DNA from: Myxococcota bacterium
GTDB taxonomy: Bacteria > Myxococcota_A > UBA9042 > PHBI01 > JAWLBL01
Length of the DNA stretch: 64,000 bases
Direction of reading: 5' to 3'
Assembly: GCA_041687695.1 (NCBI GenBank)
Contig: JAWLBL010000006.1
Coordinates: forward strand, 235,518 to 299,517
In this document: positions 38,216 to 50,239 of the stretch, one piece after another
Numbering within the stretch: the first letter of the stretch is position 1
Layout: every line of letters begins with the position of its first letter
Position numbers and translations under genes: made by a program
Notes under the pieces: model-generated
Database searches by the model: none
What the model saw: the letters and a program-made list of their open reading frames with translations, nothing else
Told to the model about the DNA's origin: nothing

Positions 38216-39013
38216 ATGTTCTCGGACCACAGGGTCGCCGTCGTCATCCCCGCCCGCGACGAGCAGCGTCTGCTGCCGCGGGTGCTCGCGGGCCTGCCGG
38301 CCTGGGTCGATGACGTGGTGGTCGTCGACGACGGGTCGACCGACGGCACCGCCGCCATAGCCCAGCGCTGGGGCCCGCCGGTTCGCGTGGTCCGCCTTCC
38401 GGTCAACCGCGGCGTCGGCGCGGCGATCGCGACGGGCTACCGGGTCGCCCTCGAGGGCGGCGCCGACGTGGTCGCCGTCATGGCCGCCGACGATCAGATG
38501 CGCCCCGACGAGCTGTGGCGCCTGGTCGGGCCCGTGGTCCGCGGCGAGTGCGGCTACTGCAAGGGCGAGCGCCTGGGGCACCCCGAGGTCGGCCGCCGCA
38601 TGCCGCGCGCGCGGCGCCTGGGCGTCGTCGGGCTGTCCTGGCTGACGCGCCGGGTGGCCGGCCTGCCGGCGCTGGCCGACGCGCAGTGCGGCTTCACCGC
38701 GGCCAGCGCCGCCGCCCTGCGCGCCATCCCGCTCGAGCGCCTCTACCCGCGCTATGGCTACCCCAACGACCTGTTGGTGATGCTGGCGGCGGCCGGCGTC
38801 ACCATCGCCGAGCGCACGGTCACGCCCGTCTACGCGGACGAGTCCTCGGGCCTGCGGCCCGCGCTGGCGCTGCTGACCCACTCGTTCGTGCTGGCGCGCG
38901 CCGCCTGGTGGCGTTGGGCCGGCGGCGCGCCCGGAGCACGTCGGGCCGACGCGGCGGACCCGGTCTCCGAGTCTGCGCCGGACCCGCGCCGCTCCGCCGG
39001 CCAGCGCGCGTGA
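38216..39013 (+). CDS. Glycosyltransferase family 2 (DPM-synthase-like)
   Basis: VVIPARDE, VDDGSTD, NRGVGAAI, DDQ, DAQCGF, RYGYPND. Confidence 0.88.
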   Translation: MFSDHRVAVVIPARDEQRLLPRVLAGLPAWVDDVVVVDDGSTDGTAAIAQRWGPPVRVVRLPVNRGVGAAIATGYRVALEGGADVVAVMAADDQMRPDELWRLVGPVVRGECGYCKGERLGHPEVGRRMPRARRLGVVGLSWLTRRVAGLPALADAQCGFTAASAAALRAIPLERLYPRYGYPNDLLVMLAAAGVTIAERTVTPVYADESSGLRPALALLTHSFVLARAAWWRWAGGAPGARRADAADPVSESAPDPRRSAGQRA

Positions 39014-40038
39014 GGCGCCTCGGCGTCGTCACGACCAGCTGGCCCAGCGAGGGGCGGCCCTGGGCCGGCCACTTCGTCGCCGAGCTGACGGCCCGCCTGG
39101 CCGCCGACTTCGCCGCGGTCACCGTCGTCGCCCCGCGGCTTCGTGGCGATGGCCGGCTTCTGGCGCCGCCGGACCTGAGCGTGCGCGAGGCGCCGCTAGG
39201 CCTGCCGTCGGTCGGGCTGGCCGGCGCCGACGCGGGGACGGCGGTCCGGGCGCTGACGGCGCTCGCGGGCGCGGCCCGTTCGGTCACCGCCGATCTCTGG
39301 ATGGCGCACTGGTGGCCAACGCGCCTCGCTCTGCGCCCCTCGGCGCCGGTGCTGACGGTCCTCCATGGCTCGGACGTGGACCGGCTCGAGGCGTGGCCCG
39401 CGCTCGTACGGCGGACGCTCGGGCGCGCGATGGCGCCGGTCGCCGTGGCGGACGGGGTGGCCCGGCGTTGGGCCGACGCGACCGGTGCCCCGACGCCGCC
39501 GGTCTGTCCGCTCGGCGCCGATCCGGTCGCGGCGGCCACCGAGCTGCCGGCCCTGTGGCGTCTTCCCGGGCCGCGCGTCCTGACGGTGGCGCGACGGGCG
39601 TCGGGGAAGGGGCTGGACGCCGCGCGCGAGGCGGCCCGACGCCTGCCCGGCGTGCGTTGGCTGGTCGTGACGGCGCCGCCGGGCCTGCCGCCCGAGCGTC
39701 TGCGCGGGCTGATGGCGGCGGCCGACCTGGTCGTCGTGCCCAGCGAAGCGGGCCCGACGCTGCCGGCGGAGGGGCGCCCCTACGTCATCGCCGAGGCGCT
39801 GGCCTGCGGCACGCCGGTGGTGGGCGGTCCGAACGCGTCGGTGCGTCAGGCCCTGCTCGAGGCGGGCCAACGCGCCGTGGCCGCCGCGGGCCCCGAGGCC
39901 CTGGCGAGCGCCGTCTCGGCCGCGCTGGCGCCGAAAGAGCACGCCACGCTCGCGGCTCGCGCCCGGGAGGCCTCGGTGGCCGTCCGCTGGGCGCGCTGCC
40001 TGCCGGCGTGGCGATCGCAGCTGACCCGGATCGGCTAG
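39010..40038 (+). CDS. Glycosyltransferase family 4
   Basis: GTGA coupling; TTSWP..AGHFV, HWW, HGSDV, KG, ADLVVVPS, EG.PYVIAEALACGTPVV. Confidence 0.8.
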   Translation: MRRLGVVTTSWPSEGRPWAGHFVAELTARLAADFAAVTVVAPRLRGDGRLLAPPDLSVREAPLGLPSVGLAGADAGTAVRALTALAGAARSVTADLWMAHWWPTRLALRPSAPVLTVLHGSDVDRLEAWPALVRRTLGRAMAPVAVADGVARRWADATGAPTPPVCPLGADPVAAATELPALWRLPGPRVLTVARRASGKGLDAAREAARRLPGVRWLVVTAPPGLPPERLRGLMAAADLVVVPSEAGPTLPAEGRPYVIAEALACGTPVVGGPNASVRQALLEAGQRAVAAAGPEALASAVSAALAPKEHATLAARAREASVAVRWARCLPAWRSQLTRIG

Positions 40039-40139
40039 CGGCGCTTCTTGCCGCTCTCGATCTTGCGCTTCTCGCGCGCCTTCTTCTTGTTCTGCGACTC
40101 GATGTTGCGCATCTTCCGGCTCTTGTCGCCCTTGCCCAT
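40035..40139 (-). CDS. 34-aa basic protein MGKGDKSRKMRNIESQNKKKAREKRKIESGKKRR (not in the ORF track)
   Basis: GAGGA RBS, all-GC3 codons, ATG 40139, TAG 40035-40037. Confidence 0.7.
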   Translation of the reverse strand: MGKGDKSRKMRNIESQNKKKAREKRKIESGKKRR

Positions 40140-40232
40140 GTCGTCCTCGCTGGTCGTGGTTCAGGTCCCCCGGAGGGGCCGCGGAGTATAGGGGCGACGC
40201 TTCGCGGGCGCCAACCCCGAAAGCACGCGTCG

Positions 40233-40970
40233 CTACTCGAGCGCGTAGACCTTCAAGTTGTCGAAGTACACGTTGGCTTCCCAGTTGTTGAAGCCGAAGT
40301 AGTTCCCGCGGACCGGGTTCGCGTCTTGGTAGCTCATGTGGAGCTGGCCGTCGCGGAACCAGTAGACGGTGTCGCCGGCGCGCGCGATGGCCCAGCGATA
40401 GGTCTTCGACGGCTCGACCTTGGCGGCCGCCTGCTCCTTGCGGTCGTCGCCGTGCTCGTCCTGGCGCGCGATGATGTCCAGCCGGTTGGTCCAGCCGCCG
40501 TTGACCAGGATGTAGCCGGCCTCGTGCTCGGGGCGCTCGGCGAAGATCTCGGCCTTGAGGTCGCCGGGGAAGGGCTTGCCGCCGGGCAGCGGCTCGCTGC
40601 GCGCGTCGAACTCGACCCGGGTCTCGTCGGGCAGCTCGCGGGTCAGCCACAGGCCGTCGTTGCGAGCGCGCGTGCTGTGGGCCCAGCCGCCCTCGATGAC
40701 CCAGCCGGCGTGGTCGGTCTTCCACGCGTCGCCGAAGGTCGCCCGCTCGAAGTCGTCCTCGAAGACCAGCTCGCCGCCCTCGAGCAGCGTCCGCGGGTCG
40801 ACCGCGGGCCGCTCGTCCGCCGCGGCGCCGCCGGCCTGGGTGGCCGGCCCGGTCGCGGGAGCGCGGGGCGGGATGGCCTTCTTCTCGCACCCGGCGAGGG
40901 GGACGAAGGCGAAGGTGGCGGACAGTCCGAGGGCGCCGAGGCGCGTCAGCAAGGGCGTGAGGGCGTTCAT
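40233..40970 (-). CDS. Lipoprotein with a concanavalin-A-like beta-sandwich domain
   Basis: LAGC lipobox; FEDDFER, RVEFDA and YFDNLKVY. Confidence 0.65.
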   Translation of the reverse strand: MNALTPLLTRLGALGLSATFAFVPLAGCEKKAIPPRAPATGPATQAGGAAADERPAVDPRTLLEGGELVFEDDFERATFGDAWKTDHAGWVIEGGWAHSTRARNDGLWLTRELPDETRVEFDARSEPLPGGKPFPGDLKAEIFAERPEHEAGYILVNGGWTNRLDIIARQDEHGDDRKEQAAAKVEPSKTYRWAIARAGDTVYWFRDGQLHMSYQDANPVRGNYFGFNNWEANVYFDNLKVYALE

Positions 40971-41017
40971 GGCACCAGGCGGGCAGGGGGCGTCGGCCGC
41001 CGCAGGGGCGGGCGGAC

Positions 41018-43030
<2,013 letters not shown>

Positions 43031-43162
43031 GGAGGCACGCTAGCACCCGGGTCCGTGAGCGTCAAAGAAACCCTCGGGCAGGCGGGACCAAAATGTCAAG
43101 CGGTGACGGGCGGTTAGTCGGCCCCGCGCGAGGCGTCGCCGGCGGCCGGCGCCGGAACGCGG

Positions 43163-43197
43163 AAAGGGCCCGCAGGCGCTTGCTCTGCGGGCCCTTT
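43163..43197 (-). terminator. Terminator hairpin downstream of tRNA-Leu(CAA)
   Basis: AAAGGGCCCGCAG ... CTGCGGGCCCTTT. Confidence 0.7.
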
Positions 43198-43207
43198 GCT
43201 GCGTGAG

Positions 43208-43293
43208 TGCCGAAGGTCGGGCTCGAACCGACACGGGACGTGATGCCCACCGGATTTTGAGTCCGGCGCGTCTACCTGTTCCGCCACTTCGGC
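43208..43293 (-). tRNA. tRNA-Leu(CAA), CCA not encoded
   Basis: GCCGAAG acceptor, CCGGA-CTCAAAA-TCCGG anticodon arm, long variable arm, GGTTCGAG T-loop; ends GGCA followed by CTC. Confidence 0.93.
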
Positions 43294-43452
43294 GCGCGCG
43301 ACACCATAGTCGGCCGGCGGGCGAAGTCAATCGCCACGCGTGCCACCTCACGGCGCTCCGGGGCCCGGGCCGTGCGCGCACCGCCCGTCCAAGCACGGGT
43401 TGTTGCGACCCCGCGGGGCCCTGTGCCATGGTCCGCGCTCCGGAGGTGACCG

Positions 43453-44295
43453 TTGCTCCTCAACAAGACCCTGGGCGTTCTGGGCGCGGGGAACATGGGC
43501 GAGGCGCTCATCCGCGGCGTCCTCAAGGCCTCGCTCATGCGGCCGGCGCAGATCATCGCCTCGCGCCGCAGCGACGAGGCCCTGGTCCGGCTGCACACCG
43601 AGCTGCGCGTCCGCACGACGACCGACAACGGGGCGCTGGTGCGTGCCAGCGACATCGTCATCCTGGGCGTCAAGCCGCAGGTGCTGCTCGAGACCGTCGC
43701 GGCCCTCCGCGACGCCTTCAACCCCGACCAGACCGTGGTCAGCATCGCCGCGGGCATCCCGGTCGCCGCCATCGAGGCGGCCCTGGACAAGCCGGTGCCC
43801 GTCGTCCGCGTGATGCCAAACACCCCGAGCCTGGTCGGCGAAGGCGCCAGCGCTTACTGCCTGGGCACCTACGCCGACGCCGCCCACGCCCTCGAGGCGG
43901 CCTCGCTCTTCAGCTCCGTCGGCATCGCCCTGCAGGTCGCCGAGGAGCACATGGACGCGGTGACGGCCCTGAGCGGCAGCGGCCCTGCCTACATCTTCTA
44001 TCTGCTCGAGGCGCTCTACCGCGGGGCCGAGGACGTCGGGCTGCCGACCGAGCTGGCGCAGGCCCTGGTCAAGCAGACCGTGCTGGGCGCGGCCCGCCTG
44101 GTCAGCGACACCGGCGACGACCCGGCCGATCTCCGCCGGCGCGTCACCTCGCCGGGCGGCACCACCGAGGCGGCCCTGCGCGTGCTCGAGCGCGGCGGGT
44201 TCCAGGACCTCATGCGGGGCGCGGTGCAGGCGGCCTGCGACCGTGGCCGCGAGCTGGGCCGCGCGCTGGCGGCCGAGGCCCGCGACGACGACTGA
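43453..44295 (+). CDS. proC: Pyrroline-5-carboxylate reductase
   Basis: GAGNMG, VKPQ, RVMPNTP, TALSGSGPAY, VTSPGGTT. Confidence 0.95.
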   Translation: MLLNKTLGVLGAGNMGEALIRGVLKASLMRPAQIIASRRSDEALVRLHTELRVRTTTDNGALVRASDIVILGVKPQVLLETVAALRDAFNPDQTVVSIAAGIPVAAIEAALDKPVPVVRVMPNTPSLVGEGASAYCLGTYADAAHALEAASLFSSVGIALQVAEEHMDAVTALSGSGPAYIFYLLEALYRGAEDVGLPTELAQALVKQTVLGAARLVSDTGDDPADLRRRVTSPGGTTEAALRVLERGGFQDLMRGAVQAACDRGRELGRALAAEARDDD

Positions 44296-44311
44296 CCCAA
44301 CGGAGGCGAAC

Positions 44312-45994
44312 ATGACCGACATCACCTTGAAGGTGGGCGATCGCGAGCTGGCGCTGGGCGATCTGGTGTCCCTGACGGTCAAGGAGCGCGTGCTGCAGGC
44401 CGCGCCCGAGCTGGTGCAGGCCCTGTCGGCCGCCGGCGTGCGCGTGGGGCCGGCCGCCGAGATCGCGGCCGTGACCGACGACACGGGCGTGTACCTCAAC
44501 TACGTCGACGGCCGGTGGGTGGCCTCGAAGAGCAACCGGACGCACCCGAACGTCAACCCGGGCCTTCAGCACGACGTGCTGGGGCAGGTCCCCGAGAGCC
44601 TGCCCGAGGAGGTCGACATCGCCTGCCGCGCCGCGCAGCGCGACTTCGACGCGTGGCGGGCCGTGTCGGGCGACATCAAGGTCAAGGTGTTCTACCGCCT
44701 GGCCGAGCTGATGAAGGAGCAGATCGAGCCCATGGTGCGGGTGATGACCCGCGAGATGGGCAAGAGCTGGTACGACTCGCGCCTGGACGTGCTCGAGGCC
44801 ATCGGCGTGTGCGAGGCGCTGGCGCCGCAGGGCATGAGCGTCACCGGCAAGACCTACCCCAACATCATCGCCGGACTGACGATGGAGAGCCGCCTCGCCC
44901 CGCGCGGCGTCGCGGCCATCGTGACCCCCTTCAACTTCCCCGTGGCCATCCCGCTGGCGCAGGTCGTCGCGGCGCTGGTGACCGGCAACACCGTGGTGTG
45001 GAAGCCGGCGCATCTGGTGCCCGAGTCCAGCCAAGCGCTGGCGCGCCTCATCACCCGGGCGCTGGACGACACCGCGGCCCAGTGGAACGTCCGGCTGCCC
45101 TCCGGGATCTTCAACCTGGTCCAGGGCGACGAGACGACCGGCGCGGCCCTCATCGCCAACCCGCACGTCCAGACCCTGTCCTTCACCGGGTCCAAGGCGG
45201 TCGGCGACAAGGTGGACGCGACGGCCTCGTCGCTGGGCAAGCGCGTCATGAAGGAGGTCGCGGGCATCAACTGCTTCTACGTCCACGCCAGCGCCGACCT
45301 CGACCGCGCCGCCCGCAACTTCGTCTACGGCAAGACCATCACCAGCGGCCAGCGCTGCACCTCGATCCAGGAGCTGCTGGTCGACGAGGCGGTCGCCGAC
45401 GCCTTCATGGCCAAGGTCGAGGCCCTGATGGGCGGCATCGTGTACGGCGCCGGCGACGACCCGCGCCTGGCCGAGGCGGACAGAGACCCCAACCGCTTCA
45501 GCCTGCCGCCCGTGGTCACGCGCGAGGCCCAGCAGCGCATCCTGGAGTGGGTCGAGCGGTCGGTCTCGCAGGGCGCGCGGATCGCGCTGCAAAAGCCCGT
45601 CCCCGACGACCTGGCCGCGGCCGGCTTCTACGTGCCCTTCACGATCGTGACCGACGTCGCCGAGGGCAACATCCTGTTCGATCACGAGATCTTCGGGCCC
45701 GTCGCCGTCATGCGGCGCGTGTCGGGCCTCGCCGAGGCCATCCAGATCATCAACACCAAGGTCGGCATCGTCGGCTGCGTCGACGCCCGCGACAAGGACG
45801 TCAGCGAGACCTTCATCGACCGCGTCCTGCGCACCCGCATCGATGACGGCCGCCACGGCACCGGCTGCTTCTGGGCGACCAAGTTCGGCGGCGACCGCGG
45901 CGCCGGCAGCGGCAACCCGGCGCTCGACGAGGAGATGGTGTTCGGCTACCTGGTCTGGAAGACCATCTACCGCGCCTATACGCCCCAGGTCTGA
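44312..45994 (+). CDS. Divergent aldehyde dehydrogenase
   Basis: GGAGG RBS; TPFNFP, WKP, SFTGS, SGQRCTS, EIFGPV. Confidence 0.85.
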   Translation: MTDITLKVGDRELALGDLVSLTVKERVLQAAPELVQALSAAGVRVGPAAEIAAVTDDTGVYLNYVDGRWVASKSNRTHPNVNPGLQHDVLGQVPESLPEEVDIACRAAQRDFDAWRAVSGDIKVKVFYRLAELMKEQIEPMVRVMTREMGKSWYDSRLDVLEAIGVCEALAPQGMSVTGKTYPNIIAGLTMESRLAPRGVAAIVTPFNFPVAIPLAQVVAALVTGNTVVWKPAHLVPESSQALARLITRALDDTAAQWNVRLPSGIFNLVQGDETTGAALIANPHVQTLSFTGSKAVGDKVDATASSLGKRVMKEVAGINCFYVHASADLDRAARNFVYGKTITSGQRCTSIQELLVDEAVADAFMAKVEALMGGIVYGAGDDPRLAEADRDPNRFSLPPVVTREAQQRILEWVERSVSQGARIALQKPVPDDLAAAGFYVPFTIVTDVAEGNILFDHEIFGPVAVMRRVSGLAEAIQIINTKVGIVGCVDARDKDVSETFIDRVLRTRIDDGRHGTGCFWATKFGGDRGAGSGNPALDEEMVFGYLVWKTIYRAYTPQV

Positions 45995-45996
45995 CG

Positions 45997-46731
45997 GTGA
46001 CGCGCCCCCTCGCTCCCGCGCTGGCGCGGCGCGTCGCGGCGGCGCGGGCCGAGGGTCGGCCGCCGGTCGCCGTCCTGGACGTGGATCTGACGCTGCTCGA
46101 GAACGCGCCGCGCACCCGGGCCATCTTCGTCGACTGGCTGCACCGCGTCCGCGACCGCTGGCCCGGCGCCGAGCCGGCGATGGTGCGCGCGCAGACCATG
46201 CCCATCGTCTTCAGCGTGCGCGACAACGTGGCGGCGCTGGGCATCGACGACCCCGCGCTGGCGCGCGAGGCGATGCACGCCTGGGCGGCCGGCTTCTTCA
46301 CCAGCCACTACTGCCGCCGCGACGCCCCGCTGCCGGGCGCGCTGGACACGGTGCGCGCGCTGCGGGCCCACGACGTCACCGTGGCCTACCTGACCGCGCG
46401 CCCCAGCCGCATGATCGAGGGCACGGTGGCGCGCTTCGCCGAGCTTGGCTTCCCGGTGGGCGAGCCCGGGACGCTGCTGGTGATGAAGGACGACCCGGAC
46501 GAGCCCGACGGCGCCTTCAAGGAGCGGGCCCTGGGGTGGATCGGAGCGCTGGGCGCGGTGGTCGTCTGCGCCGACAACGAGCCGGGGCACGTCAACGCCA
46601 TGGCGCGGGCCTTCCCGAATGCGCTTGCGCTGCTCGTCCAGACGCGCCATAGCCCCGGGGCGCCGGCCCTCGCGGACGGGGCCGTGCGCGCGGCCAGCCT
46701 GCTGACGGGGTGCCTGGACCATGACGACTGA
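45997..46731 (+). CDS. HAD-superfamily phosphatase
   Basis: LDVDLTL motif I, YLTAR motif II, FK, ADNEP. Confidence 0.75.
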   Translation: MTRPLAPALARRVAAARAEGRPPVAVLDVDLTLLENAPRTRAIFVDWLHRVRDRWPGAEPAMVRAQTMPIVFSVRDNVAALGIDDPALAREAMHAWAAGFFTSHYCRRDAPLPGALDTVRALRAHDVTVAYLTARPSRMIEGTVARFAELGFPVGEPGTLLVMKDDPDEPDGAFKERALGWIGALGAVVVCADNEPGHVNAMARAFPNALALLVQTRHSPGAPALADGAVRAASLLTGCLDHDD

Positions 46732-49700
46732 TTCGAAGCGCCTGCCCTTCCTCGAGCGTCTGAAGGCCGGTGTCGTCGTGTTCGACGGCGCCATGGGGAC
46801 CAGCCTGCAGAAGCGCACGCTGACCCTGGACGACTTCGAGGGGCTCGACGGCTGCAACGAGGTGCTGGTCCGGTCGCGGCCCGACGTGGTGCGCGACATC
46901 CACGCCGAGTACTTCGCGGCCGGCGCCGACGTGGTCGAGACCAACACCTTTGGCGCCAACGAGGTGGTGCTCGACGAGTACGGCCTCGCCCACGAGACGC
47001 GGGCGCTCAACGCGCAGGCGGCGCGGCTGGCGCGCGAGGTGGCGGCCAGCTTCACCGACCGGCCGCGCTTCGTCAGCGGCTCCATCGGGCCGGGCACCAA
47101 GCTGCCCAGCCTGGGGCACATCGACTACCGGACCCTGGTCCGCAGCTACGCGGCGCAGGTCGACGGCCTGCTCGAGGGCGGCGTCGACGTGCTGCAGATC
47201 GAGACCTGCCAGGACATCTTGCAGGTCAAGTCGGCGCTGGCCGGGGCGCGGGCGGCCTTCAAGGCGGCCGGGCGTCGGGTGCCCATCATCGTGCAGGTCA
47301 CCATCGAGACCACCGGGACGATGCTCATCGGCACCGAGGTCGCCGCCGCGGTGCGCATCCTCGAGCCCTTCGCCGAGGTCGACGTGCTGGGCCTGAACTG
47401 CGCGACCGGCCCGGCCGAGATGGAGGAGCACGTGCGCACGGTCGCGCAGACCTGGCGCGGCCTCATCAGCGTGCTGCCCAACGCAGGCCTGCCCGAGAAC
47501 GTCGGCGGGCAGGCGGTCTACCGGCTCACCCCGGACGACATCGCGGCCTACCTGAGCCGCTTCGTGCGCGAGTACGGCGTGAGCGCGGTCGGCGGCTGCT
47601 GCGGGACGACCCCGGCCCACATCGCGGCCATCGCCAAGGCCTGCGGCGGGCTGACCCCGGCGGCGCGCACGCCCGAGCTGGTCCCCAGCGTGGCCAGCAT
47701 CTACAGCGCGGTGTCGCTGGCGCAGGAGCCGCCGCCGCTGATGGTCGGCGAGCGCACCAACGCGAATGGCTCGCGCAAGTTCAAGCAGCTGCTGGCGGCC
47801 GACGACTTCGACGGCATGGTCGCCATGGGCCGCTCGCAGGCGCGCGGCGGGGCGCACCTGCTGGACGTGTGCACCGCCTATGTCGGGCGCGACGAAGTGC
47901 GCGACATGAAAGAGGTGGTCGGGCGCTTCGCCACCCAGGTCGCGCTGCCGCTGATGATCGACTCGACCGAGCCGCCGGTCATCGAGGCGGCGCTCGAGCT
48001 CATCGGCGGGCGTGCGGTCGTCAACAGCATCAACCTGGAAGATGGCGGCGAGCGCCTGCACCAGATCGTCCCCATGGCCAAGGCCCACGGCGCCGCGCTG
48101 GTCGCGCTGACCATCGACGAGCAGGGCATGGCCAAGACGGTCGAGCGCAAGGTCGAGATCGCCCGCCGCATCCACGACATCGTGGTCGGCGAGTACGGGA
48201 TGCGGCCCTGCGACCTCATCTTCGACCCGCTGACCTTCACCATCGGCTCGGGCGACGCCGAGTTCCGCGACGCGGGCGTCGCGACCCTGAAGGGCATCGC
48301 CGCCATCAAGGAGGCGCTGCCCGGCGTCTTCACCATGCTGGGGCTGTCCAACATCAGCTTCGGCCTGAACCCCGAGGCGCGGCACGTCCTCAACTCGGTC
48401 TACCTGCACGAGGCCGTGCAGCACGGGCTCGACGCCGCCATCGTCCACGCCAGCAAGATCACGCCCCTGTTCAAGATCCCCGACGGCGAGCGCGAGGCCG
48501 CGCTGGACCTCGTCTACGACCGCTGGCGGCAGGACGGCGAGAAGGACCCGCTGGTCCGGTTCATGGCGCTGTTCGAGGACCTGTCGGCCCGCAAGAAGAA
48601 GAAGGGGCCCTCCAAGGACGTGCCGATCGAGCAGCGCCTGCGCGACCACATCGTCGACGGCGAGCGCGAGGGCCTGGAAGGGACGCTGGACGAGGCGCTG
48701 AAGACGTACACGGCGCTGGAGATCATCAACCAGCACCTGCTGGACGGGATGCGGGTCGTCGGCGAGCTGTTCGGGGCGGGGCAGATGCAGCTGCCCTTCG
48801 TGCTGCAGAGCGCCGAGGTGATGAAGAAGGCGGTGGCCTACCTGGAGCCGCACATGGACAAGGCCGCCGGCAGCAAGAAGGGCCGGCTGGTCCTGGCGAC
48901 GGTGCAGGGCGACGTCCACGACATCGGCAAGAACCTGGTCGACATCATCCTGACCAACAACGGCTACGAGGTGGTGAACCTGGGCATCAAGCAGCCCGTG
49001 GGCAACATCCTGGCCGCCTACAAGGAGCAGGGCGCCGACGCCATCGGGCTGTCGGGCCTGCTGGTCAAGTCGACCGTCATCATGAAGGAGAACCTGGAAG
49101 AGCTGAACGCGCGCGGCATCAGCGTCCCGGTCATCCTGGGCGGCGCGGCGCTGACCCGGCGCTACGTCGAGGAGGACCTGCGGGCGCTGTACGGGGGCGA
49201 GGTCTACTACGGCCGCGACGCCTTCACCGGCCTGCACATCATGGACGAGCTGTGCGACCCGAGCCGGCCGAAGAAGCTGACCGGCTACAAGCAGGCGGGG
49301 CAGGGCGGGGCGACGGCCGAGGCCGGCCTGCCGCGGCGCCTGAGCATCACCGGCTCGGGCGACACTCGCCGCTCGGACGTCATCGCGGCCGACGCGCCCA
49401 TCCCGACGCCGCCCTTCTGGGGCGCCCGCATCGCGCGGGACCAGGATCTCGACACGATCTTCGGCTTCATCAACCAGCGCGCGCTGTTCCAGGGCCAGTG
49501 GCAGTTCAAGCAGCGCCGCACCAGCGCCGAGGACCAGAAGGCGCTCATCGAGGACGTCGTCCAGCCCCTGTTCGCCGAGTGGAAGCAGCGGGTGCGCGAC
49601 GAGGGGCTGTTCGAGCCGGCGGCGGCCTGGGGGTACTTCCGCGCGGTCAGCGAGGGCAACGACATCGTGGTGCTGGGCGAGGACGGGGCCGAGCTGACCC

Positions 49701-50239
49701 GCTGGACCTTCCCGCGGCAGAGCGGCAAGAAGCGCCTGTGCCTGGCCGACTTCGTGCGGCCGCGCGAGGCGGGCGAGGTCGACGTCATCGCCCTGCAGGC
49801 GGTGACCCTGGGGCCCCGGCCGACCGAGCGCTGCCAGGCGCTGTACGCCGAGGGGCGCTACACCGACTACCTGTACCTGCACGGGCTGGCGGTCGAGACG
49901 GCCGAGGCGATGGCCGAGCTGGTCCACCGGCAGATCCGGCACGAGCTGGGCATCGGCGGGGCCGACGCGCCCGAGATCGAGGCCCTGTTCCGCCAGGGCT
50001 ACCAGGGCAGCCGCTACAGCTTCGGTTACCCGGCCTGCCCCGATCTCGCCGGGCAGCGGCAGCTCTTCCAGCTGCTGCCCTGCGGCGACATCGGCCTGAC
50101 CCTGACCGAGAGCGACATGATCGAGCCCGAGCAGTCGACCTCGGCCATCGTCTTCCACCACCCGCAGGCGCGCTACTTCAGCGTGGTCGACAAGCGGGCC
50201 GGCGGCGACGACGGCGGCGACGACGGGGACGGCGCATGA
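46721..50239 (+). CDS. metH: Cobalamin-dependent methionine synthase
   Basis: DGAMGT, GLNC, GGCCGT, GERTN, DVHDIGKN, RYSFGYPACP. Confidence 0.96.
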   Translation: MTTDSKRLPFLERLKAGVVVFDGAMGTSLQKRTLTLDDFEGLDGCNEVLVRSRPDVVRDIHAEYFAAGADVVETNTFGANEVVLDEYGLAHETRALNAQAARLAREVAASFTDRPRFVSGSIGPGTKLPSLGHIDYRTLVRSYAAQVDGLLEGGVDVLQIETCQDILQVKSALAGARAAFKAAGRRVPIIVQVTIETTGTMLIGTEVAAAVRILEPFAEVDVLGLNCATGPAEMEEHVRTVAQTWRGLISVLPNAGLPENVGGQAVYRLTPDDIAAYLSRFVREYGVSAVGGCCGTTPAHIAAIAKACGGLTPAARTPELVPSVASIYSAVSLAQEPPPLMVGERTNANGSRKFKQLLAADDFDGMVAMGRSQARGGAHLLDVCTAYVGRDEVRDMKEVVGRFATQVALPLMIDSTEPPVIEAALELIGGRAVVNSINLEDGGERLHQIVPMAKAHGAALVALTIDEQGMAKTVERKVEIARRIHDIVVGEYGMRPCDLIFDPLTFTIGSGDAEFRDAGVATLKGIAAIKEALPGVFTMLGLSNISFGLNPEARHVLNSVYLHEAVQHGLDAAIVHASKITPLFKIPDGEREAALDLVYDRWRQDGEKDPLVRFMALFEDLSARKKKKGPSKDVPIEQRLRDHIVDGEREGLEGTLDEALKTYTALEIINQHLLDGMRVVGELFGAGQMQLPFVLQSAEVMKKAVAYLEPHMDKAAGSKKGRLVLATVQGDVHDIGKNLVDIILTNNGYEVVNLGIKQPVGNILAAYKEQGADAIGLSGLLVKSTVIMKENLEELNARGISVPVILGGAALTRRYVEEDLRALYGGEVYYGRDAFTGLHIMDELCDPSRPKKLTGYKQAGQGGATAEAGLPRRLSITGSGDTRRSDVIAADAPIPTPPFWGARIARDQDLDTIFGFINQRALFQGQWQFKQRRTSAEDQKALIEDVVQPLFAEWKQRVRDEGLFEPAAAWGYFRAVSEGNDIVVLGEDGAELTRWTFPRQSGKKRLCLADFVRPREAGEVDVIALQAVTLGPRPTERCQALYAEGRYTDYLYLHGLAVETAEAMAELVHRQIRHELGIGGADAPEIEALFRQGYQGSRYSFGYPACPDLAGQRQLFQLLPCGDIGLTLTESDMIEPEQSTSAIVFHHPQARYFSVVDKRAGGDDGGDDGDGA

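Noticed and set aside
43208..43293. tRNA lacking encoded CCA as a pseudogene
   Set aside because: The cloverleaf is intact and CCA-less tRNA genes are common; they are matured by RNase Z and CCA-adding enzyme
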